Origin: Pseudomonadota bacterium
GTDB lineage: Bacteria > Pseudomonadota > Gammaproteobacteria > Burkholderiales > JAJZUU01
Length of the DNA: 64,000 nt
Direction: 5' to 3'
NCBI GenBank assembly: GCA_021848325.1
Contig: JAJZUU010000002.1
Coordinates: 26,630 to 90,629, forward strand
Shown here in pieces: positions 36,029 to 44,783 of the stretch (position 1 is its first letter; each line of letters opens with the position of its first letter). The notes beneath the pieces are model-generated. The model saw only the letters and a program-made list of their open reading frames with translations, was not told the origin of the DNA and searched no databases. The position numbers and the translations under genes are program-made.

Positions 36029-36889
36029 ATGAAGTACACGACTATTGTAGAGCCCCGGGAACTGGCGCGCCATCTCGACGACCCGCTGTGGGTCGTGTTC
36101 GACTGCAGGTTCACCCTCACCGACGCCCAGGCCGGGCGCAACGCCTACCGGCGCGCCCACATTCCGGGTGCGCGCTACGCCCATCTGGACGAAGACCTGG
36201 CCAGTGAGGTGACCGCAAACTCCGGCCGCCACCCCTTGCCCGATCCCGCGGCGCTGGCGGAAAGGCTGGGGCGCTGGGGGGTGGACGAAACGAAGCAGGT
36301 GGTGGTCTACGACGACAGTTTCGGCGCCATGGCAGGACGTATGTGGTGGCTGCTGCGTTGGCTGGGCCACGACGCGGTCGCTTTGCTTGACGGCGGCCTG
36401 CCCAAATGGATGCGGGAGGGCGGCGCCATGAGTGCCGAGCTTCCCGCGATCCTGCCCACGGCCTTCCGGGCGCGCCCGGACGATACCATGTGGGTGGACA
36501 GCGGCCGCGTCGAGCAGGCACTGCAAAACGGCGGCATCATCATAGACGCCCGTGCCGAGGAGCGTTTCGTAGGCGATATCGAACCCCTGGACCGGATCGC
36601 CGGGCATATTCCCGGCGCGGTGAACCTTCCGTTCGAGGACAACCTGAACCTGGGCGGCGGATTCCTGCCGCCGGAGGAACTGCGCGAACTCTATGCGGGG
36701 GCGACGCGCGGGAAAGCGCCCCGCGAAGTCATCCATATGTGCGGCTCCGGAGTGACTGCCTGCCATAACTTGCTGGCCATGGAAATGGCGGGGCTGCGCG
36801 GCGCCAAGCTGTACCCCGGCTCCTGGAGCGAGTGGATCACGGTGGAAACCCGTCCGGTAGCCGTTGGAGAGGAAAAAGCATGCGAATAA
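36029..36889 (+). CDS. tandem-rhodanese sulfurtransferase (SseA / 3-mercaptopyruvate or thiosulfate sulfurtransferase type)
   Basis: Two rhodanese domains. Active-site loop HMCGSGVTA. AHIPGARY in the N-domain. Confidence 0.85.
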   Translation: MKYTTIVEPRELARHLDDPLWVVFDCRFTLTDAQAGRNAYRRAHIPGARYAHLDEDLASEVTANSGRHPLPDPAALAERLGRWGVDETKQVVVYDDSFGAMAGRMWWLLRWLGHDAVALLDGGLPKWMREGGAMSAELPAILPTAFRARPDDTMWVDSGRVEQALQNGGIIIDARAEERFVGDIEPLDRIAGHIPGAVNLPFEDNLNLGGGFLPPEELRELYAGATRGKAPREVIHMCGSGVTACHNLLAMEMAGLRGAKLYPGSWSEWITVETRPVAVGEEKACE

Positions 36890-37452
36890 AGAGCCATTGG
36901 CACAAGGCGGACAAGCAGAAGAGCGTCCAGGAAGTCGCCGGCGCCATGGCGTTCATCATTTGGCGCCTGGCTCAGAATTCGCTCAAACACATGCGCGGCG
37001 ACAAGTTCGAGATCGAGGCCGGACCGCGCTACTTTGCAGTGGTAGCCGAATTCCTGATATTCCTCATCCAGATCGCGGACCGCATCGCCTATGAGCGGCT
37101 GGACGAAACCATGCGCGCCGAATTCACCACCGCCCTCGCGCTGCGGGTCGCCGAAACCCTGGACGAAAATCTGGTGGACTTGGGGGGCGGCGCGGATGGG
37201 CAAAACTACCGCCAGCAGTTCATTTCCCTGCTGAACGAGCGCGCCGCGGACTATGCCAACTTCGCCTATACCGAAGCAGGGCCCGACTACGCCTTCCTGC
37301 GCTACCTGGGCACCTGCGTGATGGAGTTCATGGGGGAACAGGACAAGCCGTGGATCATGGACCAGATCATCGAAATCGAGACCCCGGACGCGGTGGCCAC
37401 GGTCCGGAAGGGCATGCGCGACTTGTTCGAGACACCGCCTGGCGCCCAATAA
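36880..37452 (+). CDS. hypothetical protein (190 aa)
   Basis: GGAGAGGAAAAAGC-ATG. 10-nt overlap with the rhodanese stop. Predicted helical. No family recognised. Confidence 0.6.
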   Translation: MRIKSHWHKADKQKSVQEVAGAMAFIIWRLAQNSLKHMRGDKFEIEAGPRYFAVVAEFLIFLIQIADRIAYERLDETMRAEFTTALALRVAETLDENLVDLGGGADGQNYRQQFISLLNERAADYANFAYTEAGPDYAFLRYLGTCVMEFMGEQDKPWIMDQIIEIETPDAVATVRKGMRDLFETPPGAQ

Positions 37453-37472
37453 CCCATCGAAAGCCCGGAAAT

Positions 37473-38408
37473 ATGACCACCGATGCCAAGGCAGCGCAGA
37501 GCCCTTTCCAACTTGATAACGAGGCCGCTTTCCGCGACTGGCGGGAGCGAAAACTGGCAGACTATCCCACCGGTATCGAAGAGATGATCGTGGAAGTGGA
37601 CGACCCCCGCGCCCTGACGGAACAGGAGCACGAGGCCATCCGCCGCTGTTGCGCCAAGGCCAACATGGCGATCTATGCGAGCCGCTGCGACGGCGATCCG
37701 GACAAGGACATCCCCCGCCTGCTGGCGGCCCAGTTTGGTCTGGTCCATCTGGATTCCAACATGCTGGCGGACGACGACGGCATCACCAGCCTCACCGTTT
37801 CCGGGCAGGGGGAGCGCGCAGACTACATCCCCTACACCAACCGCCCTATCAGGTGGCATACCGATGGCTATTACAATCCCCCGGACCGCCAGATCCGCGG
37901 CATGGTGCTGCACTGCGTCTCCCCGGCCGCGGACGGCGGGGAAAACGCCCTGATGGATCACGAAATGGCCTACCTGCTGATGCGCGATGCCAGCCCCGAT
38001 TGGGTACGGGCGCTGATGGAAACGGACGCCATGACCATCCCGGCACGCGCGGACGAAAACGGCGTGGCCCGCCCGGCGGAAAGCGGCCCGGTGTTTTCCG
38101 TCCATCCCGCCACGGGCGACCTGCACATGCGCTATACCGCCCGTACCCGCAGCATCGTTTGGAAGGACGACGCAGTTATCCGGGAAGCGGCGGCCTTCCT
38201 CCAAACGCTTCTAAACACGCCCTCGCTCTACGTCTACCGGGCCACCCTCGCCCCCGGCATGGGCCTGATTTGCAATAACGTGCTGCACGACCGCACCGGC
38301 TTCAGCGACGATGCGAACCACCGCCGCCTGCTCTATCGGGCGCGCTACTACGACCGCATCATAGGCACCGGCGTGCTCGAGAATGCCATCCCGACGGCCG
38401 GCTCTTGA
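37473..38408 (+). CDS. TauD/TfdA-family Fe(II)/2-oxoglutarate dioxygenase-like protein
   Basis: RWHTDGYY (HxD iron ligands) and distal NNVLHDRTGF His. 311 aa. Confidence 0.7.
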   Translation: MTTDAKAAQSPFQLDNEAAFRDWRERKLADYPTGIEEMIVEVDDPRALTEQEHEAIRRCCAKANMAIYASRCDGDPDKDIPRLLAAQFGLVHLDSNMLADDDGITSLTVSGQGERADYIPYTNRPIRWHTDGYYNPPDRQIRGMVLHCVSPAADGGENALMDHEMAYLLMRDASPDWVRALMETDAMTIPARADENGVARPAESGPVFSVHPATGDLHMRYTARTRSIVWKDDAVIREAAAFLQTLLNTPSLYVYRATLAPGMGLICNNVLHDRTGFSDDANHRRLLYRARYYDRIIGTGVLENAIPTAGS

Positions 38409-38443
38409 CCGGCTGCATCACCGGGATTAAGGTGTAGCCCATC

Positions 38444-38989
38444 ATGGCCCCAAAACTGATCGATCCCGCCCCGGATTTCGGCGACCCGCTGGGGCTGCTT
38501 GCCGCCTGCCACAGCCGAATCGAGGCACAATGCGCCACCCTGCTGCGGCTGCCCGGACACCTAACGGCGAACGGCTGCGACCCGCAGGCAAGACAGGCTG
38601 CGGAAAAGGTCCTCAGGTACTTCACCAGCGCCGGACCGCACCACCACGAAGACGAGGAGCAGGACCTGTTCCCGTTGCTGAAGTCCACCGCGCGGGCGGA
38701 GGGCGCCACTGACATGCTGGCGCTGCTGGGCACGCTCAAGGCCGAGCACCGGGACATGGAGGCCGCATGGGCGGCCCTTTCCCCTTTCCTGCAAAGGCTC
38801 GCCCAGGGCGAGCAGGTAGAACCCGGCCGGCTGCCCGTCGATCCCTTCGTCGCCCTGTACCGCTCCCACATGGCCCGGGAAGATGTCGTCCTCCTCCCTT
38901 ATGCGCACCGCGCCCTGTCCCCCGGCCAACTGGAGTCGCTGGGGCGCGGCATGGCCCGGCGCCGACATGTCGATACCGGCACACTCTAA
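38444..38989 (+). CDS. hemerythrin (HHE cation-binding) domain protein
   Basis: LLAACHSRIE...HHHEDEEQDLFPLL...LKAEHRDME...HMAREDVVLLP, a repeated H/E/D ligand pattern. Confidence 0.75.
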   Translation: MAPKLIDPAPDFGDPLGLLAACHSRIEAQCATLLRLPGHLTANGCDPQARQAAEKVLRYFTSAGPHHHEDEEQDLFPLLKSTARAEGATDMLALLGTLKAEHRDMEAAWAALSPFLQRLAQGEQVEPGRLPVDPFVALYRSHMAREDVVLLPYAHRALSPGQLESLGRGMARRRHVDTGTL

Positions 38990-39220
38990 GGCGTCGAGAA
39001 ACAATAGCTTGGACATTTGCCGTGACTGCTTTGCGCACAGGCCACGAAGCAAGACGCGCCGTTGTGTCATTCACAACAAGCGGCTTGCGACACCGGCCTG
39101 TGCGCAAATCAGCCGCGGCCCGGAGGGTTGCGGCGAATCCGCGCGTCTGCGGCGTTGCGAGCCTTGCATCCATCGCGGATTCGCCGCAACAAATGTCCAA
39201 CTTATTATTTCTCGACGCCT
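38989..39220. mobile_element. nested-hairpin MITE-like element (232 bp)
   Basis: 31-nt terminal inverted repeats (38989-39019 vs 39190-39220, 3 mismatches). Inside are two perfect stems: 13 bp (39031-39043 / 39095-39107) and 17 bp (39127-39143 / 39174-39190). TAA lies on both flanks, and the left TAA is the hemerythrin stop. Confidence 0.6.
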
Positions 39221-39231
39221 AAGGTGCAGCC

Positions 39232-39717
39232 GTGAAGTACGCTCTCCTCGCCGTGCTGTTCCTCGCCAGCCTGTCCGCCCCGGCATTCGAAATCGATACC
39301 TTCAGAAGTGGCATGAACAAGGCCGAGGTAAAGAAATTGCTCGCCGACTGGAAATTCGACCAGGTGCAGGAGTTTTCCGGGGACACCATGATTGCCTACG
39401 ACTTCCCGGAAAAAACCACCGGCCGCCAGTTCACCTTCAGCTTCTGCAACGACAGGCTGGTGTCCTTTGAACAGGAGATGAAGCCTTCCGTGAAGAATTT
39501 CATCGTGATATCCAGCAATTACAACAGGACGTACGGACAGCCGCTGAAGGTGGAGGCGGCGAGCAACGTGACCAACCTGGGGGAGAAAAACCAGCTCGCC
39601 CTCTATTGGCGCAAGGGCACCGAACTGGTCGGCCTCAAGTATGTATTGCTGCCGCCCCACGAGCAACTCCTCGCGGTCTACGAGACGCCAAACACCTGCT
39701 GGCAGATCCCGCGCTGA
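39232..39717 (+). CDS. secreted hypothetical protein, visibly lower GC than its neighbours
   Basis: GTG start. MKYALLAVLFLASLSAPAFE signal peptide. K/N/F-rich composition unlike the local norm. Chosen over antisense ORF 39205..39843. Confidence 0.55.
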   Translation: MKYALLAVLFLASLSAPAFEIDTFRSGMNKAEVKKLLADWKFDQVQEFSGDTMIAYDFPEKTTGRQFTFSFCNDRLVSFEQEMKPSVKNFIVISSNYNRTYGQPLKVEAASNVTNLGEKNQLALYWRKGTELVGLKYVLLPPHEQLLAVYETPNTCWQIPR

Positions 39718-40317
39718 TTGCGTCTCTAGTACGACAACCCATAAGTTTCTACCAGCCCCGGCGCGCATTGGAACCCGAGATATGGCCCCGGACCAAAGAA
39801 GGAAAATACACGGCCACAGGCTTGCCCGCGTGGGCGCCGTCAAAGACTTGACATTGCCCAGGCGGGCCCCTCACGGTGGTGGGGCATGCCGCCCAACCCA
39901 ACCCCAATCCGCCCCCCCCCTGAGCCAGGATGAGTTGCTCAGGCTGGACACTTTCTCCACTCCCTCGCCTGCGGCCGCGGGGCCTGGACCGACTGCCGGC
40001 GCCAATCAACGATTTGTGCCGGCGACGCGCGCCGGTCTCGTCGCCCGGGAAACAACAGTTGTACGATGCTCTGCCCTGGGCCGTCGAGGCGCTACATGCC
40101 TACGTCGGGGAGGTGAACTAAAAACGGGGACGGAATTCTGAGCCCCCCCAATTTGCAATACTGGATGGTTGCGCAGGAATCGCTCAAGGGCTGCGGCAAG
40201 CTTACGAGGCGGGAAAACGGGGAGCCGGTGCCGTACGGATTGCAGGGCAAGGAATATGTTTTATCCCGTTGATAGAGAACAACGTTTGGTTTCCAGACCT
40301 CGGTACCAGGCCACTTT

Positions 40318-41379
40318 TCAAGGCGCTCGCTGGAACGCCCACCCGACATTGAGCGAGTAAAAAGTCTGCGCTCCGACACCGCCCGCCGGGGTGGTAAATT
40401 CCTCGCTGCGCCGGACCCGGGTGAGCGAAAAATTCAGTTGTTTGTATCGCAGCGCCAACCCTACAGTCAGATCGTAAACTGTATTGCGGCGATCGACGCT
40501 CGGGCTGTCGCGGAACAGGGTGCCATCGAGAAAAATGTTGCGCACCACCAGGCGATAATCGCCGCCCGCGAACAGATACCATTCGAAACCGGAGGGCTTC
40601 CCGCCGTCGGCAGCGCACCGAATGCTTTGCAGCATGGCGCCCCCCGGCTCGACGGTGTCCGGACCAAAGCCCGTCATGTTGTGTCCCGCGCGCACGATGC
40701 CGCCCACCCGTGCCAGGGTCATGACCGTGCCCACGGTGACGCCTGCGTGAGGAACTACCTGGATGTTGCCCCCGCCAAACCGGCGCTTCTGCAGATAGGC
40801 GACTAGGAATGCCGGTTCGTTGGGAATCTGGTTCGCCCAGCCCCGTGGCTGCGGTGCCCCGACAAGCGCATGCCATTTGGATTGCACCTGCTCTCCCAGG
40901 GCCGCCGGCCCCACCATGCCGACATCGAGTTCCACCGTGTCCAGCCGATCGGCCTTGACGCGCTGGGCGACGCCGCCGAGATAAAGCCACGCGGCCCATG
41001 GGCGGTCATAGGGCTGATTTTCCGCGATACGGATATTGCGGGGGGTGTACATGTTTTGCCCCACGAACAGGCCGACGCTGGTTCCCGGCCCGGCGTCGGT
41101 AAGCCAGTGGAGAAGCCGGTTCGAGGGCGGTTCTAACAGCTTCCCCACGGACTCAAGCACCTTGCCAACGCCAAACTTAATCCCATTGGTGTAGTAGCGA
41201 TCTGTGCCGGCCAGCATGTCATTTTCTACAAAAAGCTGAATCTGGCCATCCTCGTCTTTGGGCGCGGCCTCAGGGGCGCCATCGGCGAGTGCGCTCGGTG
41301 CGAGAGCGAGCAGCAGCGCTGCGACGATGAGTCGTCGCAGGTCCGGTATAGCCGTCTTCTTGTGTGAATGCGCCGTCAT
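40318..41379 (-). CDS. lipid A 3-O-deacylase LpxR-family outer membrane protein (DUF2219)
   Basis: Signal peptide LLLALAPSALA. FVENDMLAGTDRYYTNGIKF...NMYTP...YDRPWAAWLY pattern as I remember for LpxR. Confidence 0.7.
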   Translation of the reverse strand: MTAHSHKKTAIPDLRRLIVAALLLALAPSALADGAPEAAPKDEDGQIQLFVENDMLAGTDRYYTNGIKFGVGKVLESVGKLLEPPSNRLLHWLTDAGPGTSVGLFVGQNMYTPRNIRIAENQPYDRPWAAWLYLGGVAQRVKADRLDTVELDVGMVGPAALGEQVQSKWHALVGAPQPRGWANQIPNEPAFLVAYLQKRRFGGGNIQVVPHAGVTVGTVMTLARVGGIVRAGHNMTGFGPDTVEPGGAMLQSIRCAADGGKPSGFEWYLFAGGDYRLVVRNIFLDGTLFRDSPSVDRRNTVYDLTVGLALRYKQLNFSLTRVRRSEEFTTPAGGVGAQTFYSLNVGWAFQRAP

Positions 41380-41480
41380 CTGCCTAGCGTGCCCCCGGTT
41401 GTTGATTATAGCGGGCGCAGCTTCCCTATAGAGAGGACACAATCGGCCAGTGGTGTTTGCGCAGGAAACAGATTATCCGG

Positions 41481-41705
41481 CTATCCCGCAAGGGGAAAAG
41501 CAGCCACGAAAGTTTCCTCCTTGAACGACTCGGTGGCGAAGCTCAGCGCGGCAAGCGCGTCCTCCCGGAGAATGTACGGGTAGGACGCAAGAATATCTTC
41601 CATCGTCCACCCATCCGAAAACCGCTCGAGAATTATTTCAACCGAAATCCGGGTACCCTTGATGATGGGCTTGCCAACCAGCACCGTCGGATGGGTGCGA
41701 CACAA
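41481..41705 (-). CDS. DUF433-family small protein (antitoxin-like), orphan
   Basis: HPTVLVGKPIIKGTRISVEIILERFSDGWTMEDILASYPYILREDALAAL matches the DUF433 pattern (GKPxIxGTRIxV...ILxxYPxLxxEDIxAAL). Start inferred as TTG 41705. No partner toxin gene downstream. Confidence 0.5.
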   Translation of the reverse strand: MCRTHPTVLVGKPIIKGTRISVEIILERFSDGWTMEDILASYPYILREDALAALSFATESFKEETFVAAFPLAG

Positions 41706-41727
41706 ACTGACGCGCGCCCATAGGCGA

Positions 41728-42156
41728 TCACGCGGCTTGCTTGATGTAGTCCTGCCAGTAGCGCTCCCACTGACCGTTGGCGCGGTTGAGGCGTAGGGCC
41801 AGCATATGTTCAGCGTGCTCCAGGGACCACCAGGCACCGGGGCGCTTCAGCCGCTGTTGGACAACATAGCGATGGGCGCTTTCGATCTCTCCGGAGCCAA
41901 TGGGTAATCCTTGCTCGAGCGCACCTCGATAGTCCAGTTGATGGTGGCGATTGGAGAGATAGCGGTGGCACACCCGCACAGGAGCCTCCTCGTCTGGGAT
42001 GTTGGCAGGCTCCAGGTGGGACGCGAACGAAGCCAACACCGCTTCCAACTCATTGGTCTTAAGCCGTTCCTTCTGTTCGCCCAGCCACCCCTTAGGCTGC
42101 GGCGAACACGTCGCTGCCGCGGCAGCCAAGTACTCGCAAGCATGGTAGAAGTCCAT
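41728..42156 (-). pseudogene. C-terminal remnant of an ISKra4-family transposase
   Basis: ...HACEYL...LPIGSGEIESAHRYVVQQRLKRPGAWWSLEHAEHMLALRLNRANGQWERYW. Only 142 aa remain of an expected ~450. No upstream continuation in any frame. Confidence 0.6.
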
Positions 42157-42320
42157 GAGATAAGTACCTTTATCTGCGTCAGGGAGAGATTAAGTGCAGA
42201 TAGCCTTGCATGGCCGATTTTTCAGGCACTTCCTAAAGTTTCCGTGAGGCGGCCCGGACCCGCAGGCATAAAAACGCTTCCCCCGTCTTGGCCCACCAGA
42301 TGTTATCGAGGCACAATTTT

Positions 42321-42368
42321 TTGCAATTTTTACCGGGTATCAGTAATATAAACGTATAGGCGTTTATA
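42321..42368 (+). promoter_or_regulatory. putative sigma70 promoter with palindromic operator for the RHH antitoxin gene
   Basis: TTGCAA (42321) -17 nt- TAATAT (42344). Perfect palindrome tataaacg-N6-cgtttata at 42347-42368 overlaps the -10/+1 region. Confidence 0.4.
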
Positions 42369-42393
42369 CGCTTTTTCGTTGATTGGAGGCATT

Positions 42394-42672
42394 ATGGAAG
42401 ACTCAATTCGTTGGACGATCAAGGTTTCCAGGGGGACGGATATTTCGCTCCGTTCTTACCTTGCCCAGCACGGCATGAAAAAGGGCGACTTATCGAAATT
42501 CGTCGAGGAAGCGGTACGCTGGCGCGTGCTCGATAAGACTGTAGCGGAAGTTCGGGAGCGCAATGCCAACGTTCCGGATGAAGAGATCGAGGCTGCAATC
42601 GACGAGGCGCTTGCCGCTGTAAGGGCAGAACGGCCAGCAGAAATGCCCGCAAAACGGCTACGCAAAAAATAG
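42394..42672 (+). CDS. ribbon-helix-helix antitoxin (VapB-like)
   Basis: GGAGG precedes ATG 42394. MEDSIRWTIKVSRGTDISLRSYLAQHGMKKGDLSKFVEEAVRW is an RHH beta-strand plus two helices. A PIN-type N-terminus follows 6 nt later. Confidence 0.6.
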   Translation: MEDSIRWTIKVSRGTDISLRSYLAQHGMKKGDLSKFVEEAVRWRVLDKTVAEVRERNANVPDEEIEAAIDEALAAVRAERPAEMPAKRLRKK

Positions 42673-42678
42673 CCGAAC

Positions 42679-42750
42679 ATGCGTGTTGTGCTTGATACGA
42701 ATATCCTGATCAGCGCGCTGATACGCCCGAAGTCGGTAGCGCGCCAATTT
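42679..42750 (+). pseudogene. 5' fragment of a PIN-domain (VapC) toxin gene
   Basis: MRVVLDTNILISALIRPKS is a canonical PIN N-terminus (DTN acidic residue). The frame then runs into a terminator hairpin and tRNA-Val, so the remaining ~110 aa of a PIN domain are absent. Confidence 0.5.
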
Positions 42751-42759
42751 AGAAACAAA

Positions 42760-42787
42760 AATGGCCTAGGTGTTAACCTAAGCCATT
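42760..42787. terminator. bidirectional hairpin terminator at the tRNA-Val 3' side
   Basis: aatggcctaggt-gtta-acctaagccatt (12-bp stem, 1 mismatch), with T-runs on both strands (gttttattt on plus, tttttgtttct on minus). Confidence 0.5.
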
Positions 42788-42795
42788 GTTTTATT

Positions 42796-42870
42796 TGGTG
42801 GGCGGTGCAAGGTTCGAACTTGCGACCCCTGCCGTGTGAAGGCAGTGCTCTACCACTGAGCTAACCGCCC
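42796..42870 (-). tRNA. tRNA-Val (anticodon CAC)
   Basis: GGGCGGTTAGCTCAGTGGTAGAGCACTGCCTTCACACGGCAGGGGTCGCAAGTTCGAACCTTGCACCGCCCACCA. Perfect 7-bp acceptor stem, TTCGAAC T-loop, anticodon loop TTCACAC. Confidence 0.9.
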
Positions 42871-43029
42871 GAAAGGGAGGCTGCAATTAAACCATACTAT
42901 GGTTCCCGCGGTCAATTTCGGCCAGAGCGGCGCGCGCGGGATAGCCGCCGGGCGCGCACCTGCTGGATGCCTGTCGCGAGGGGGCGAGTTGGCGTAAAAT
43001 GGCGCCTTCCCTTCAAGCGAAGCAAAGAA

Positions 43030-44421
43030 ATGATCCGTACCCGTTTTGCCCCCAGCCCGACCGGCTATCTGCACATCGGAGGCGCACGCACCGCCCTTTT
43101 TTCCTGGGCCTTCGCCCGCCAGAACGGGGGGGTCTTCGTGCTGCGCATCGAGGACACCGATCTGGAGCGCTCGACCCCGGAGTCGGTGCAGGCCATTCTC
43201 GACAGCATGGACTGGCTCGGGCTCGATTACGACGAGGGGCCGTTTTACCAGATGCAGCGCATGGATCGCTACCGCGAGGTGATCCGGCAGTTGCTGGACG
43301 AGGGCAAGGCCTATTATTGCTACGCCAGCAAGGAGGAACTGGATGCCCTGCGCGAAGAACAGCGTGCCAGAGGTCTGAAACCCCGCTACGACGGGCGCTG
43401 GCGTGACTCCAAGGCGACCCCGCCCGCGGGCGTGAAGCCGGTGGTGCGTTTCAAGAACCCCCTGGACGGAACGGTGCTGATCGACGACCTGATCAAGGGC
43501 CGGGTAGTGGTGCAAAACGGCGAACTGGACGACCTGATCATCGCCCGCGCGGACGGGACGCCCACCTACAATTTCTGCGTGGTGGTGGACGACTGGGACA
43601 TGAAGATCACCCATGTCATTCGGGGCGACGACCACCTCAACAACACCCCGCGCCAGATCAATATTCTGAAGGCGCTGGGGGCGCCCATCCCCCAGTACGC
43701 CCACGTACCCATGATCCTCGGCCACGACGGGGAACGGCTTTCCAAACGCCATGGCGCGGTGAGCGTGCTGCAGTACCGGGACGACGGCTACCTGCCGCAA
43801 GCGTTGCTCAACTACCTGGCGCGCCTGGGCTGGGCCCACGGCGACGAAGAGGTGTTCGATCTGCGGCAATTCGTGGAGTGGTTCAACTGGAACGGGGTCA
43901 GCAAGTCCGCGGCCAAGTTCAACCCGGAGAAGCTGGTTTGGCTGAATCAGCAATACCTCAAGGCAGCGGACGATCAACATCTTGCCGAACTGACAAGGCA
44001 TTTCCTGGCGGCGGACTGCTGCGACTGGGACCGCGGGCCTGACTTGAAGAGGGTTGTGGCCCTGCTGAAGGAGCGCGTCACCACCCTCGAGGAACTGGCG
44101 GACGCGGCCGTGTATTTCTATCGCCCCCTCGATCCGCACGAGGATATCAAGCAGCAATACTTCACCCCGGAGGTCAAGCCCGCCCTCTCGGAGGCGGCGC
44201 AGAGGCTGCTGGAAGTGGAATGGGACAGGCACGAGATCAGCCAGGCGCTCAAGGCGGTGGCGGCGGCGCACAAGCTCAAGCTGGGCCAGGTGGCGATGCC
44301 GTTGCGGGTAATGATCACAGGGGAGACGCAAACCCCGCCCATCGATGCCACGATCGAGTTGATCGGCCGAGAGGAGGTGCTGCGCAGGATGCGGCATCAC
44401 CTGTCCCACTTCCCGGGCTAG
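43030..44421 (+). CDS. gltX: glutamate--tRNA ligase
   Basis: [24 protein letters not shown] (HIGH motif). RLSKRHG (KMSKS-like). Trimmed from track start 42967. Confidence 0.95.
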   Translation: MIRTRFAPSPTGYLHIGGARTALFSWAFARQNGGVFVLRIEDTDLERSTPESVQAILDSMDWLGLDYDEGPFYQMQRMDRYREVIRQLLDEGKAYYCYASKEELDALREEQRARGLKPRYDGRWRDSKATPPAGVKPVVRFKNPLDGTVLIDDLIKGRVVVQNGELDDLIIARADGTPTYNFCVVVDDWDMKITHVIRGDDHLNNTPRQINILKALGAPIPQYAHVPMILGHDGERLSKRHGAVSVLQYRDDGYLPQALLNYLARLGWAHGDEEVFDLRQFVEWFNWNGVSKSAAKFNPEKLVWLNQQYLKAADDQHLAELTRHFLAADCCDWDRGPDLKRVVALLKERVTTLEELADAAVYFYRPLDPHEDIKQQYFTPEVKPALSEAAQRLLEVEWDRHEISQALKAVAAAHKLKLGQVAMPLRVMITGETQTPPIDATIELIGREEVLRRMRHHLSHFPG

Positions 44422-44439
44422 AATTTTGCCGCGGCGTTC

Positions 44440-44468
44440 TTTACAAGCGCCGTAGCGGTCAGTATAAT
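44440..44468 (+). promoter_or_regulatory. sigma70-type promoter for tRNA-Ala
   Basis: TTTACA -17 nt- TATAAT. The -10 box ends 12 nt before the tRNA 5' end. Confidence 0.55.
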
Positions 44469-44480
44469 TTGCTGCTTTTC

Positions 44481-44556
<76 letters not shown>

Positions 44557-44591
44557 AATTCTTCGCGGCCAGACCCGGGACGTAAGACGAG

Positions 44592-44783
44592 ATGCATCGC
44601 ATAGGCGTCGTTTTTGTGTGGGTCGGCATCATCAGTTCAGCGATCGGTCTGGTGGTCGGGTTCGCTGATCTGTCCGGCGGCGATGGCGACAAGATCGGGT
44701 TTTGGCTGAACTTGGTTCCGGTGGGATTTGTGTTCTTGCTGATGGGCACGGCAATGTCCCAACTGTCCAGCAGGAAGGACTGA
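44592..44783 (+). CDS. possible small two-helix membrane protein (63 aa)
   Basis: MHRIGVVFVWVGIISSAIGLVVGF...LNLVPVGFVFLLMGTAM gives two hydrophobic spans. Weak SD. Sits between tRNA genes. Support comes only from the ORF and its hydrophobicity. Confidence 0.35.
   Translation: MHRIGVVFVWVGIISSAIGLVVGFADLSGGDGDKIGFWLNLVPVGFVFLLMGTAMSQLSSRKD

Noticed and set aside
39205-39843. 212-aa minus-strand ORF overlapping the secreted-protein gene.
   Set aside because: It is antisense to an ORF that has a clean signal peptide and sensible composition. It has no start context and no family.
39232-42795. Direct repeat of the tRNA-Val 3' end that would mark an integrase-mediated island boundary.
   Set aside because: No second copy of tggtgggcggtgcaaggttcgaa or a substantial part of it was seen in the region. 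No integrase gene is present either. The island interpretation therefore rests on gene content only.
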